64,000 nucleotides of DNA from a virus (Duplodnaviria > Caudoviricetes): IMG/VR virus record IMGVR_UViG_3300032132_000748, one strand, 5' to 3'. A model generated the notes under the pieces. That model made no database searches, had not been told where the DNA came from, and saw nothing but the letters and a program-made list of their open reading frames with translations. Of this stretch, positions 56,462-64,000 are shown one piece after another; the stretch's first letter is position 1; every line of letters starts with the position of its first letter. Made by a program: the position numbers and the translations under genes.

Positions 56462-58309
56462 ATGGAAACAATTGTCGGTATTGACCTAGGCACCACTAAC
56501 TCAGCCATTGCCATAATGGAGAATGATGAAGTAAAAATCATTCAAAACAGGCATGGCGACGCTACAACACCATCTGTTGTCGCATTTACTAACGAAGGAG
56601 GCATCTTAGTCGGAAAAGAAGCTAAGAACCAGGCAGCCTCTAATCCCAAGAAAACTATTTCTTCAGTTAAGAGAGTCATAGGTAGTCGAGTCATGGAAGT
56701 TCCTGACGCGGCCAAAAAAGTCCCCTACTCTTTAGTAGGCAGACCTACGGATCCTGTCCAGATTCTAATTGGAGACGATCCTGCTAGTCAAAAAGCTTTT
56801 ATGCCTCAAAGCATTTCCGCACGTATTCTTCAAGACCTTAAAAAGAGTGCTGAAGAATATCTTGGGCGACCCGTAACAGATGCCGTTATTACGGTGCCTG
56901 CATACTTTAATGACGGGCAGCGCCAAGCAACTAAACGAGCAGGGGAGCTAGCAGGCTTAAATGTCCGTCGTATTATTAACGAGCCGACAGCGGCAGCACT
57001 TGCTTATGGCATTAGTGTCGAAGATCCTACAGTAGAAAAGAAAATTGCAGTCTTTGACCTCGGAGGAGGAACCTTTGATATTTCAATTCTTGAAATTGGT
57101 GGTGGGGTTTGGGAAGTCAAAGCCGTAAACGGTGACACCTTCTTGGGTGGTGATGATTTTGACCGAGAAATCGTAAACCTTCTTGTTCGTAATTTTCTAA
57201 ATAAACCTGATGGAATCGACTTGAGAGAATATCCTTCCGCCATGCAGCGACTTAAAGAAGCAGCAGAGGGGGCCAAATTTGGACTTTCCTCTTCTCTAGA
57301 GTCTAAGATTACACAAGCATTCCTTGCAGAAGAGCTTGGAGAAAATGGTCACCTCGAATTTGTTCTATCCAGAAGTAAATTTGAATCTCTTATTGATAAA
57401 TACATGAAACGCATTGAGAGTTGCTGTAAGCAGGCTCTTAAAGATGCTAACATCTCAGCATCATCAATTACTGACGTGGTGCTTGTAGGAGGCTCTACTA
57501 GAGTTCCTCTAGTAAAAGATCTTGCTAAGAAAATCTTCGGCAAAGACCCAGATACTTCGGTTAATCCTGATGAAGTTGTTGCACTTGGTGCTGCAATTCA
57601 AGGTGCAATCCTTTCTGGAGCTAAGAAGGGGATGATTCTTGTAGATGTAACCCCTCTCTCTCTTGGTATAGAGACTGAACATGAAATTATGGATGTTCTT
57701 ATCCCTCGAAATACCTCTGTTCCGTGCGTTGCCAAAGAGGTTTATACCACAACAGAAGACGAGCAAGAGGAGGTAGACGTATATGTCTATCAAGGAGAAA
57801 GCCGTAGAGTTAGTCGAAATAGGCTTTTAGCTCAATTTGTTCTTGATGGTATCGAGCCTGCTTACGAAGGAGACCCGCAAATCGAAGTTCGTTTTGCTAT
57901 CGACGCAGATGGTATTCTTCAGGTTTCAGCAAAAAATCTTGCGACAGGCTCTGAACAGGCAATTACTGTTAAAGATTCTTCTACGGTATCTGACGCAGAC
58001 GTTTTGAAATTTCAGAGTGCTGCGGAGCAGGATCAATTTGATACCTTTGACTATGATGACGGAGACGATGAGGACGAGGAATATGATCTAGAAGATCTAG
58101 TCCAAGTAGCAGAAGTGCTTCTACAAGATACAACTAGTGGTTTGGACGAATTTGCCACGGTATTAGACGCGCTTACCTTGTCCAAAGTAAAGCAAGCAAA
58201 AGAATCGCTTGCAGAAGCCCTCGACGAAGAAGATATGGAGCTTATAGAAAGCAGCCTAAATAATCTACTTACTCTCTGGGATACAATCGAAGCAACCCTA
58301 GAGGAATAG
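56462..58309 (+). CDS. dnaK: Hsp70 chaperone DnaK
   Basis: GIDLGTTNS, TVPAYFND, NEPTAAALAYG, DLGGGTFD, VGGSTR, DVTPLSLGIET. Confidence 0.96.
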   Translation: METIVGIDLGTTNSAIAIMENDEVKIIQNRHGDATTPSVVAFTNEGGILVGKEAKNQAASNPKKTISSVKRVIGSRVMEVPDAAKKVPYSLVGRPTDPVQILIGDDPASQKAFMPQSISARILQDLKKSAEEYLGRPVTDAVITVPAYFNDGQRQATKRAGELAGLNVRRIINEPTAAALAYGISVEDPTVEKKIAVFDLGGGTFDISILEIGGGVWEVKAVNGDTFLGGDDFDREIVNLLVRNFLNKPDGIDLREYPSAMQRLKEAAEGAKFGLSSSLESKITQAFLAEELGENGHLEFVLSRSKFESLIDKYMKRIESCCKQALKDANISASSITDVVLVGGSTRVPLVKDLAKKIFGKDPDTSVNPDEVVALGAAIQGAILSGAKKGMILVDVTPLSLGIETEHEIMDVLIPRNTSVPCVAKEVYTTTEDEQEEVDVYVYQGESRRVSRNRLLAQFVLDGIEPAYEGDPQIEVRFAIDADGILQVSAKNLATGSEQAITVKDSSTVSDADVLKFQSAAEQDQFDTFDYDDGDDEDEEYDLEDLVQVAEVLLQDTTSGLDEFATVLDALTLSKVKQAKESLAEALDEEDMELIESSLNNLLTLWDTIEATLEE

Positions 58310-58801
58310 TAATCCAGCGGCTAGCGCTGCCCCAGCAGCTAATGCGGGATTAATTCTAGGTCTCGGTGCCATTCCTGGTCTGCCTGCAGGTAATGCTGAG
58401 GTAGCCGGGAAACCGGTAGGCATCCCATATCCTGGTAATCCGGGAGCATAGGGGTAGGGCATTATAGGAGCCGTGGTGGGGATCGTCGCTGTAGGATCTA
58501 CAGGTAATGGTGCTGCGGGATCTACGGGTAATGGTGCAGGATCTACAGGTAATGGTGCTGGGGGTAGTGGTAATCCTTTAGGTGGTAACTTAGGGAACAT
58601 CTTGGGCATTATTTTAGCTGCCAGCTTAGGAAATCTAGCTAACCTTTTAGGGGGTGGTAATCCTGCGGCAGCGCGTCTTTTTGCTGTGCGACGTACTCTT
58701 GCTCGTCTTTTACCTCGGGTTCGTCTCCGACCCCTTCGGCCAGCAAATCCGTGATAATTCGATAACCCTCCGTAGGATCCTGTGTTAGTGAATTGATACA
58801 T
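58298..58801 (-). CDS. R/P-rich tail-anchored protein (SYGG motif)
   Basis: ends ALAAGLLFL; AGGAG RBS. Confidence 0.65.
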   Translation of the reverse strand: MYQFTNTGSYGGLSNYHGFAGRRGRRRTRGKRRARVRRTAKRRAAAGLPPPKRLARFPKLAAKIMPKMFPKLPPKGLPLPPAPLPVDPAPLPVDPAAPLPVDPTATIPTTAPIMPYPYAPGLPGYGMPTGFPATSALPAGRPGMAPRPRINPALAAGAALAAGLLFL

Positions 58802-58808
58802 ATTTCTC

Positions 58809-59582
58809 CTATAAGAATAGTAATCCTGCCGCGAGAGCAGCGGTTATAGTTCCTAGTCTGGCTTGTTGTGGTGTAATTGCTGCCTTCGGCAGAGGTCCTC
58901 TGGGTCTGATCATTCCTGGCCCCTGCCTTACAGGTCCTCGCATCATTACTCCTCTGGGGAGCATTAATCCGGTAGGTGTCATTCCGACCGGTGCGCCAGG
59001 AACTACTGCGGGTCCTGTGGCTGCAGGGGGAAGCCCACCTGGAGGGATCATCCCAGGCATCGCAGGAACATACTGACCGGTAACAGGATCTAACATATAA
59101 GGTATTTGTTGCTGCTGTGCAAGAGGGTCAAACTCTTTAGTTGTTCTCGCAATAACGTCCTCTTTTAGTTTTGCCATCTCATCAGTAAGTGGTGGCACTC
59201 CGGGTCTAATTTCTGGAGGTAGTGGTGCAACTACTACAGGGGGTAATTTTGGTTTAACCTCCGGCAAGGGTAGCGGTCTTGGTTTTGGTTTTATTATGAC
59301 CGGTGGTGCCGGTGGGCGTTTAGGTGCCGGTGGGCGTTTAGGTGCCGGTGGGCGTTTAGCTGCCGGTGGGCGTTTAGCTGCAGGCTTAGGGGGCCTAGGT
59401 TGTGGTTTTGGTTTAGGGGTTCTAGGTCTTGGGGTTGGGGGGCGTGCGGCTGCTGTCATTCTTCTGGCGATTTGCCTAAGAATTGAAATATTACCTAACC
59501 CACCTCTTGCACTAGCATTAGGGCCGCCCCACATACCGGATAATCCGCCATAATTTCTTGAATTTGAGTATTCGTAAGCCAT
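58809..59582 (-). CDS. Pro-rich tail-anchored protein (NYGG motif)
   Basis: KRPPAP repeats; ends ALAAGLLFL. Confidence 0.65.
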   Translation of the reverse strand: MAYEYSNSRNYGGLSGMWGGPNASARGGLGNISILRQIARRMTAAARPPTPRPRTPKPKPQPRPPKPAAKRPPAAKRPPAPKRPPAPKRPPAPPVIIKPKPRPLPLPEVKPKLPPVVVAPLPPEIRPGVPPLTDEMAKLKEDVIARTTKEFDPLAQQQQIPYMLDPVTGQYVPAMPGMIPPGGLPPAATGPAVVPGAPVGMTPTGLMLPRGVMMRGPVRQGPGMIRPRGPLPKAAITPQQARLGTITAALAAGLLFL

Positions 59583-59585
59583 TAG

Positions 59586-59948
59586 TTATCCTTTCTGCCT
59601 TTTTCTTATAAATATTTTTTGATAATTAGAATCGTCATAAGAATCAAAATTCCACTTAACTTGAGATACGGGGGTAGCTGTACTATCAAAGGACAAAACT
59701 GGATATAGAGGATGATCTTCTAGAGATTTCTCTACCGCCTTTAAAATGCTTGGTAAGTTCTGAGCTTTATCTTCAACTACCGCTACAGTTATTTTTAAAT
59801 GCTTTCTAGCTCTTCTAGAGTTTGTTCTATAGCTCTCTAGACCGCAGGCAACAAAGCCTAGATCCTTGCGGTTAGATACTATTTGTCGATACACCAGCTT
59901 TGCTGCGTCTTTATCACCATATTTAATTGTATATAGTTCTGCGTTCAT
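59586..59948 (-). CDS. hypothetical protein
   Basis: 120-aa ORF in the same run. Confidence 0.55.
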   Translation of the reverse strand: MNAELYTIKYGDKDAAKLVYRQIVSNRKDLGFVACGLESYRTNSRRARKHLKITVAVVEDKAQNLPSILKAVEKSLEDHPLYPVLSFDSTATPVSQVKWNFDSYDDSNYQKIFIRKRQKG

Positions 59949-59952
59949 TTTC

Positions 59953-60339
59953 CTACTTCTTGGTTAGAATGTTTAGATAGATTGATAGCGTGGCCAGTCC
60001 GGCTAAGTAAAGTAAACTTTTCTTCATGAAACCAGATAAGGAGAGCAACTCTTCCACGGCTAATTTTGTTTTGTAATCGAAGCGGCGAGCTAGCTCTTCG
60101 ATGGGTATGTGTTGAATTCGCTGGATATATCTTTCCATATCCTCAGCGGTTCTGGCGACGGTGGTTAGTACACCCCGTCCCTGTCGAATAGCGCCCTGCG
60201 CTTCTTCGATAGCTTTACTAGCTTTCTTCGCGGTTGTACTCGCGGCTGATGCTGCACCTTTTGCTGCAGAAAAGGTGTCAAATATACCACCTAAATTCCT
60301 GTTTGTTCCGGTGACATCACGGCTCATGCCATAGACCAT
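59953..60339 (-). CDS. tail-anchored helical protein (NLGG motif)
   Basis: TATAAT and GGAGGAGG upstream; C-terminal TM plus KK. Confidence 0.65.
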   Translation of the reverse strand: MVYGMSRDVTGTNRNLGGIFDTFSAAKGAASAASTTAKKASKAIEEAQGAIRQGRGVLTTVARTAEDMERYIQRIQHIPIEELARRFDYKTKLAVEELLSLSGFMKKSLLYLAGLATLSIYLNILTKK

Positions 60340-60373
60340 CGCTATACCTCCTCCATATTATACAAAAAGGAAC

Positions 60374-60904
60374 TCATTTTGAAGACATCCAAAGAAAGAA
60401 ACCTCCTACTCCTAGTAATAATAAGTTTTTTTTATTAATAAAATCGTCATCGTAATCGCTTAGCCCTTTATGTATTTTATTCAGAGATTTCTGATCTAAG
60501 CTTTGGATTTCTGAAATTGTTATCGGGTTCGCCACCCTAGCCCACAAACCATCCGGGTCTGTTTCAGATATCGGTTTACATTTATATTTTCGATACCAAG
60601 ATCTGAGCTTCTCTTTAGAAGCTACTTTTGTGTCGTAAGGTATTATTTTTCCTATTAAATTAATGTTAACCTCATCGGCCAAACCCATGACGGACTTAAT
60701 CGCATCGGATCCGCTGCCCTCTCCCGGCCTCAAAGCTCTTATAGAAATAAAATGCACCCAATTACTTGTGATCGGGACCATCTCTACTGCAACTGAATCA
60801 TTGATAATAAATTCTTCATCATCATCCGGGTTTATGGCAAACCTAGAAGACATCTTTGCTAAATGATAGAGCTTATCCATAAATTGGTTGGAGAGGGTTT
60901 TCAT
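60374..60904 (-). CDS. GNAT-like protein with C-terminal membrane anchor
   Basis: PGEGSGS...LRSWYRKY; ends LLLLGVGGFFLWMSSK. Confidence 0.55.
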   Translation of the reverse strand: MKTLSNQFMDKLYHLAKMSSRFAINPDDDEEFIINDSVAVEMVPITSNWVHFISIRALRPGEGSGSDAIKSVMGLADEVNINLIGKIIPYDTKVASKEKLRSWYRKYKCKPISETDPDGLWARVANPITISEIQSLDQKSLNKIHKGLSDYDDDFINKKNLLLLGVGGFFLWMSSK

Positions 60905-60926
60905 ATTTATATGATATACTATTGTT

Positions 60927-61241
60927 ATGGACCGTAAACAGAAATTTCACGCAAAAGAGTCTGCGCTCGATGCCGCAACTAATAAGATGGAAGAAGCCAT
61001 AGCATCAGTTAAATCACTCTCCAAAAGTGTTAAATCGGGAACCGTTGATAAGCGAGAACTAGAAGACGCCATAAAAGAACTAAAGAGTTTAGCTAGGAAA
61101 GTAGAAATTCTAACGGCTGAATCTAAAATGCTCGGGGGTTTCTCCGCAGTTAAAGAGTTTGCCCCCAAAGAAGAAAAAGCCACTAATCCGGTCTGGTATG
61201 TTGCTGTTTTGGCCTCTGTTTGGTTTTTATTCTTAAGATAG
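60927..61241 (+). CDS. tail-anchored protein, paralog of the C-terminus of 8716-9666
   Basis: VKSGTVDKRELEDAIKELK vs VKMGTATKSELEAAIKELR; NP plus TM. Confidence 0.7.
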   Translation: MDRKQKFHAKESALDAATNKMEEAIASVKSLSKSVKSGTVDKRELEDAIKELKSLARKVEILTAESKMLGGFSAVKEFAPKEEKATNPVWYVAVLASVWFLFLR

Positions 61242-61277
61242 CTTGAAGATATTGGTGGTCATGATAATTTAAGAGTT

Positions 61278-62399
61278 ATGACTGACGTAGACCAATTATT
61301 CTCAGATAGCCCTGAAGAAGCAGCTTTCTCCAATTTCGTTAACAAGTTAGAGGCGTCTACTGCTCCTACAGCCGTTAGGGGGGAGTTTACTCTTGTTCCT
61401 CGCGGGATAGGTCCCTTCAGAGACAAATATCGTCCCCAAAAGATTGAAGAAATTGTCCCTACTTGTTCTGTAGAACAACTTGTCAATCAAATAGGTAATC
61501 CCAGCGCATCTCAGGTGTATCTATTTGAAGGAAATACCGGAACCGGGAAAACGACTTGTGCTCGCATTTTAGCTAAAGCAGCCAACTGTCTTGCGGGTAA
61601 TGCTTCGGAAAGACCTTGTCTGAAATGTAAATGTTGTTCTTCTTTCGAGAACAGCTACGATAAGGTTGAAATTAATACAGCTAATCAAAACAAAATTGAT
61701 GATGTCAGAAATCTTGTGGCAGATATGCGTTACGCCCCCGCTATCTACAATAAAAAGATTTACATCATGGATGAAGTTCAGAGATTAACCGCTGACGCGC
61801 AGCAAGTTTTGCTGACTGAACTTGAAGAGCCCTATTCGTATCTTCTTGTTTTTCTATGCACCACCAATATTAAAAAAATAGACAAAGCTTTAGTGGACAG
61901 GGCATGTAGAATAACATTCTCCGCCCTAACCCCTCGGCAAGCGAGTCTGATTACTCAGCAAATATTTAAACACGAGGGTCTTTCTGGAGATGACGACTTA
62001 ATCGAAAGTCTATATCAACAATCTGATGGCTCAGTAAGAGCGCTTCTTAATAATATAGAGGCGTATAAGGATAAAGGATTTAATCCTGATTCTTGGGAGG
62101 AGGATGAAGCTCCTGCTGAGGTTAAAAGCCTCTTCCAGGTGATAAATAAGGGCGATTGGGTAGGACTCAGTAAGATACTTAAAAGACCCAACGTTAGAAA
62201 AGAACCTGAATCTTTGAGAATTGGCTTAGAAAGCTATATTAGAGGGGTAATGTTGCGGCAGGCGTCTATTGCTGATGCTACGAAATATGGAACAGCCTTG
62301 ATGCGCCTAGAAGGAACCCTTATGAATGAGCCTTCAGTCTCTCAGTACAATGGTTTTGTTCTTAAATGTCTGCGTGCCTGTGCCCTATTTAAGCAATAG
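61278..62399 (+). CDS. dnaX: DNA polymerase III gamma/tau-like clamp loader ATPase
   Basis: KYRPQ, GNTGTGKTT.ARILAK..NC, PC..C..C, IMDEVQ, LEEP. Confidence 0.85.
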   Translation: MTDVDQLFSDSPEEAAFSNFVNKLEASTAPTAVRGEFTLVPRGIGPFRDKYRPQKIEEIVPTCSVEQLVNQIGNPSASQVYLFEGNTGTGKTTCARILAKAANCLAGNASERPCLKCKCCSSFENSYDKVEINTANQNKIDDVRNLVADMRYAPAIYNKKIYIMDEVQRLTADAQQVLLTELEEPYSYLLVFLCTTNIKKIDKALVDRACRITFSALTPRQASLITQQIFKHEGLSGDDDLIESLYQQSDGSVRALLNNIEAYKDKGFNPDSWEEDEAPAEVKSLFQVINKGDWVGLSKILKRPNVRKEPESLRIGLESYIRGVMLRQASIADATKYGTALMRLEGTLMNEPSVSQYNGFVLKCLRACALFKQ

Positions 62400-62715
62400 C
62401 TAAGATACTTATAACAATTCCCATTATTGTTTGTATTACTGCAAAAACAGTTATTGCTTTGGTTTTAAAATATTTCAGATCATCAACAGTTTGTTTTAAT
62501 TCTTTAAACTGAGTAGGAGAACAAACTTCGGATATATCTTTTTTCCACTCCTTTAGCTCATGAGTTTGATCTTCAAGAACTGCCATTTTTTGCATTCCCG
62601 TCTTTACAGACTGTAGTTCGGAGTGAAGTCCATCAATCCCATCATTGAGCCGTTCTAGCTCCTTGAGGACGTGCTTTGACCACTCGTTCCACCCATTTTG
62701 GACATCATTACTCAT
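62389..62715 (-). CDS. coiled-coil protein with C-terminal TM
   Basis: NGWNEWSKHVLKELERL; hydrophobic tail. Confidence 0.6.
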   Translation of the reverse strand: MSNDVQNGWNEWSKHVLKELERLNDGIDGLHSELQSVKTGMQKMAVLEDQTHELKEWKKDISEVCSPTQFKELKQTVDDLKYFKTKAITVFAVIQTIMGIVISILAIA

Positions 62716-63160
62716 TTAGCACCCCGCTTTTACATATTTTAGATAACTCAGAATTTGGGGCTACTTCAATAGAAAAGCCTACCATCCTCTCGTCTACTAA
62801 TTTGGCTATAGTATGTAAGACTTTTTCTTTTCCTCCCAAGGTTAGTATTCTATGACATTCATCAAAACTATTTCCGCTACTAAGAGTGTTTTCCAGAGCA
62901 GCTTCTATTCGACTTAGATCATCTAAATGGCAGGATTCCTTGAAATCATTAGGTGAAGTTATTTTTCTTCCAAAAACTTTCTCCATCCCGCAGCCGCAAC
63001 TATCTACTATAGTATTATTTTCTAACTCCCAAACCCAGGCACACGATACCACGACCCCCATTACTAGTTGTAATAACTCATTTCGTTGGTGGATTTCTTT
63101 GTCTTTTTTGTGAAGATTATCCGTTAACGTCCGTAAATAGTCTAATTGCTTTTTGGGCAT
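62708..63160 (-). CDS. PAS-domain protein
   Basis: AWVWEL...FG...HLDD..RI...F..CHRI. Confidence 0.65.
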   Translation of the reverse strand: MPKKQLDYLRTLTDNLHKKDKEIHQRNELLQLVMGVVVSCAWVWELENNTIVDSCGCGMEKVFGRKITSPNDFKESCHLDDLSRIEAALENTLSSGNSFDECHRILTLGGKEKVLHTIAKLVDERMVGFSIEVAPNSELSKICKSGVLNE

Positions 63161-63259
63161 GCTCTAAAGCTCCACTCAGAGTATATCAAATGTGTTGTAT
63201 ATTTAATCTAGATCCTTATAAGTTTTATGGCGACATAATCCTTGAACGCCTAATAAGGT

Positions 63260-63772
63260 GTGCTAGAATTACATATCCTTAGAGACTCTATGCATAAAAG
63301 AACAACTGACATCTTCAAGAATTTAGGGTTCGGTGATGAAACAATAGCAAACATTGAAAAAACCGCATCCAAAGCCAAAACCCCATTTAACAGACGAATG
63401 ATGTCATCTCTTAAAAAAATGGGGATGCCTGATACTGCTTTAAAGCAGATAAAGTATCTAGAAGAACCAATTCTAGACGAAGATACTGAACACACAAATA
63501 AAGAATTAATTTCTCTCTTAGTTAAGAAGCTAAGAAGAAGTTTTGACGCTTTTGCTAATAAAGATGTAAAAGCAATGATTATTTTTTCTGAACAAGACTG
63601 GACCATATACGCAGAGGAGTATAGTAGAGAAATCCAGCATCTTCATGAAATTTGTAAACCCTATTTTGATGAATGGTGTCTTAAAAATATAGAAGTCAAA
63701 TTTGAATTTGATGGAACTTCTACATGGAAAATTATTGCACCAAAGAAATCAGATTTACCCGACACTTTTTAA
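63260..63772 (+). CDS. hypothetical protein
   Basis: 170-aa ORF. Confidence 0.55.
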   Translation: MLELHILRDSMHKRTTDIFKNLGFGDETIANIEKTASKAKTPFNRRMMSSLKKMGMPDTALKQIKYLEEPILDEDTEHTNKELISLLVKKLRRSFDAFANKDVKAMIIFSEQDWTIYAEEYSREIQHLHEICKPYFDEWCLKNIEVKFEFDGTSTWKIIAPKKSDLPDTF

Positions 63773-63788
63773 TAATAAGGATTTTTTA

Positions 63789-64000
63789 ATGGACAATTGG
63801 TCACCGGAATTTAGGTATTGCAGAAAGTGCTATAAAACTAGTCATAGACATGTTTATGATGGCTACTGTAAAAAATGTTATCACGAAATGGAACAGGAAA
63901 AACTTTCTAAAGAAAAGAACAGAAACTGTCTTAAATGCGACGCAATCTTTTTATCAAAAGGACCTGGGAATAGAAAATGTAAAGAATGTTTGTCGAAAGA
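63789..64000 (+). CDS. Cys-rich protein, truncated by window end
   Basis: AAGGA RBS; MDNWSPEFRYCRKC...CKKC...CLKC. Confidence 0.5.
   Translation, partial: MDNWSPEFRYCRKCYKTSHRHVYDGYCKKCYHEMEQEKLSKEKNRNCLKCDAIFLSKGPGNRKCKECLSK

Overview
This window looks like part of a very large bacterial virus (jumbo/huge phage-like) genome. It is mostly AT-rich with short, densely packed genes in mixed orientation and many hypothetical proteins. Isolated host-like genes lie outside their usual operons: rpsU, rpsA, an IF3 C-domain, an AlaRS N-domain, dnaK, iscU, a dnaX-like gene, ligA and bacterioferritin. Other components are a tyrosine recombinase next to a GC-rich block with an SNF2 helicase and a 22/23-bp repeat array, a ~12-kb sugar/amine-modification cluster, protamine-like basic proteins, a family of tail-anchored 'GG-motif' proteins, and an array of 33 CCA-less tRNAs (32.1-40.5 kb). 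The most striking unannotated signal is seven copies of a Y RNA-like scaffold scattered through the tRNA array (GGGCCG...GUUAUC...UUGCUC, a Ro60-type bulged helix with covarying stems). Each displays a different anticodon-loop-like heptamer, and four carry a circularly permuted tRNA body, one of them initiator-Met-like. An Rnl2-type RNA ligase follows the last copy. No Ro60/TROVE gene, capsid or terminase is recognisable here, so the viral assignment, the host guess (possibly Planctomycetota) and the protein partner are inferences. All calls were made by eye; RNA ends may be off by a few nucleotides.
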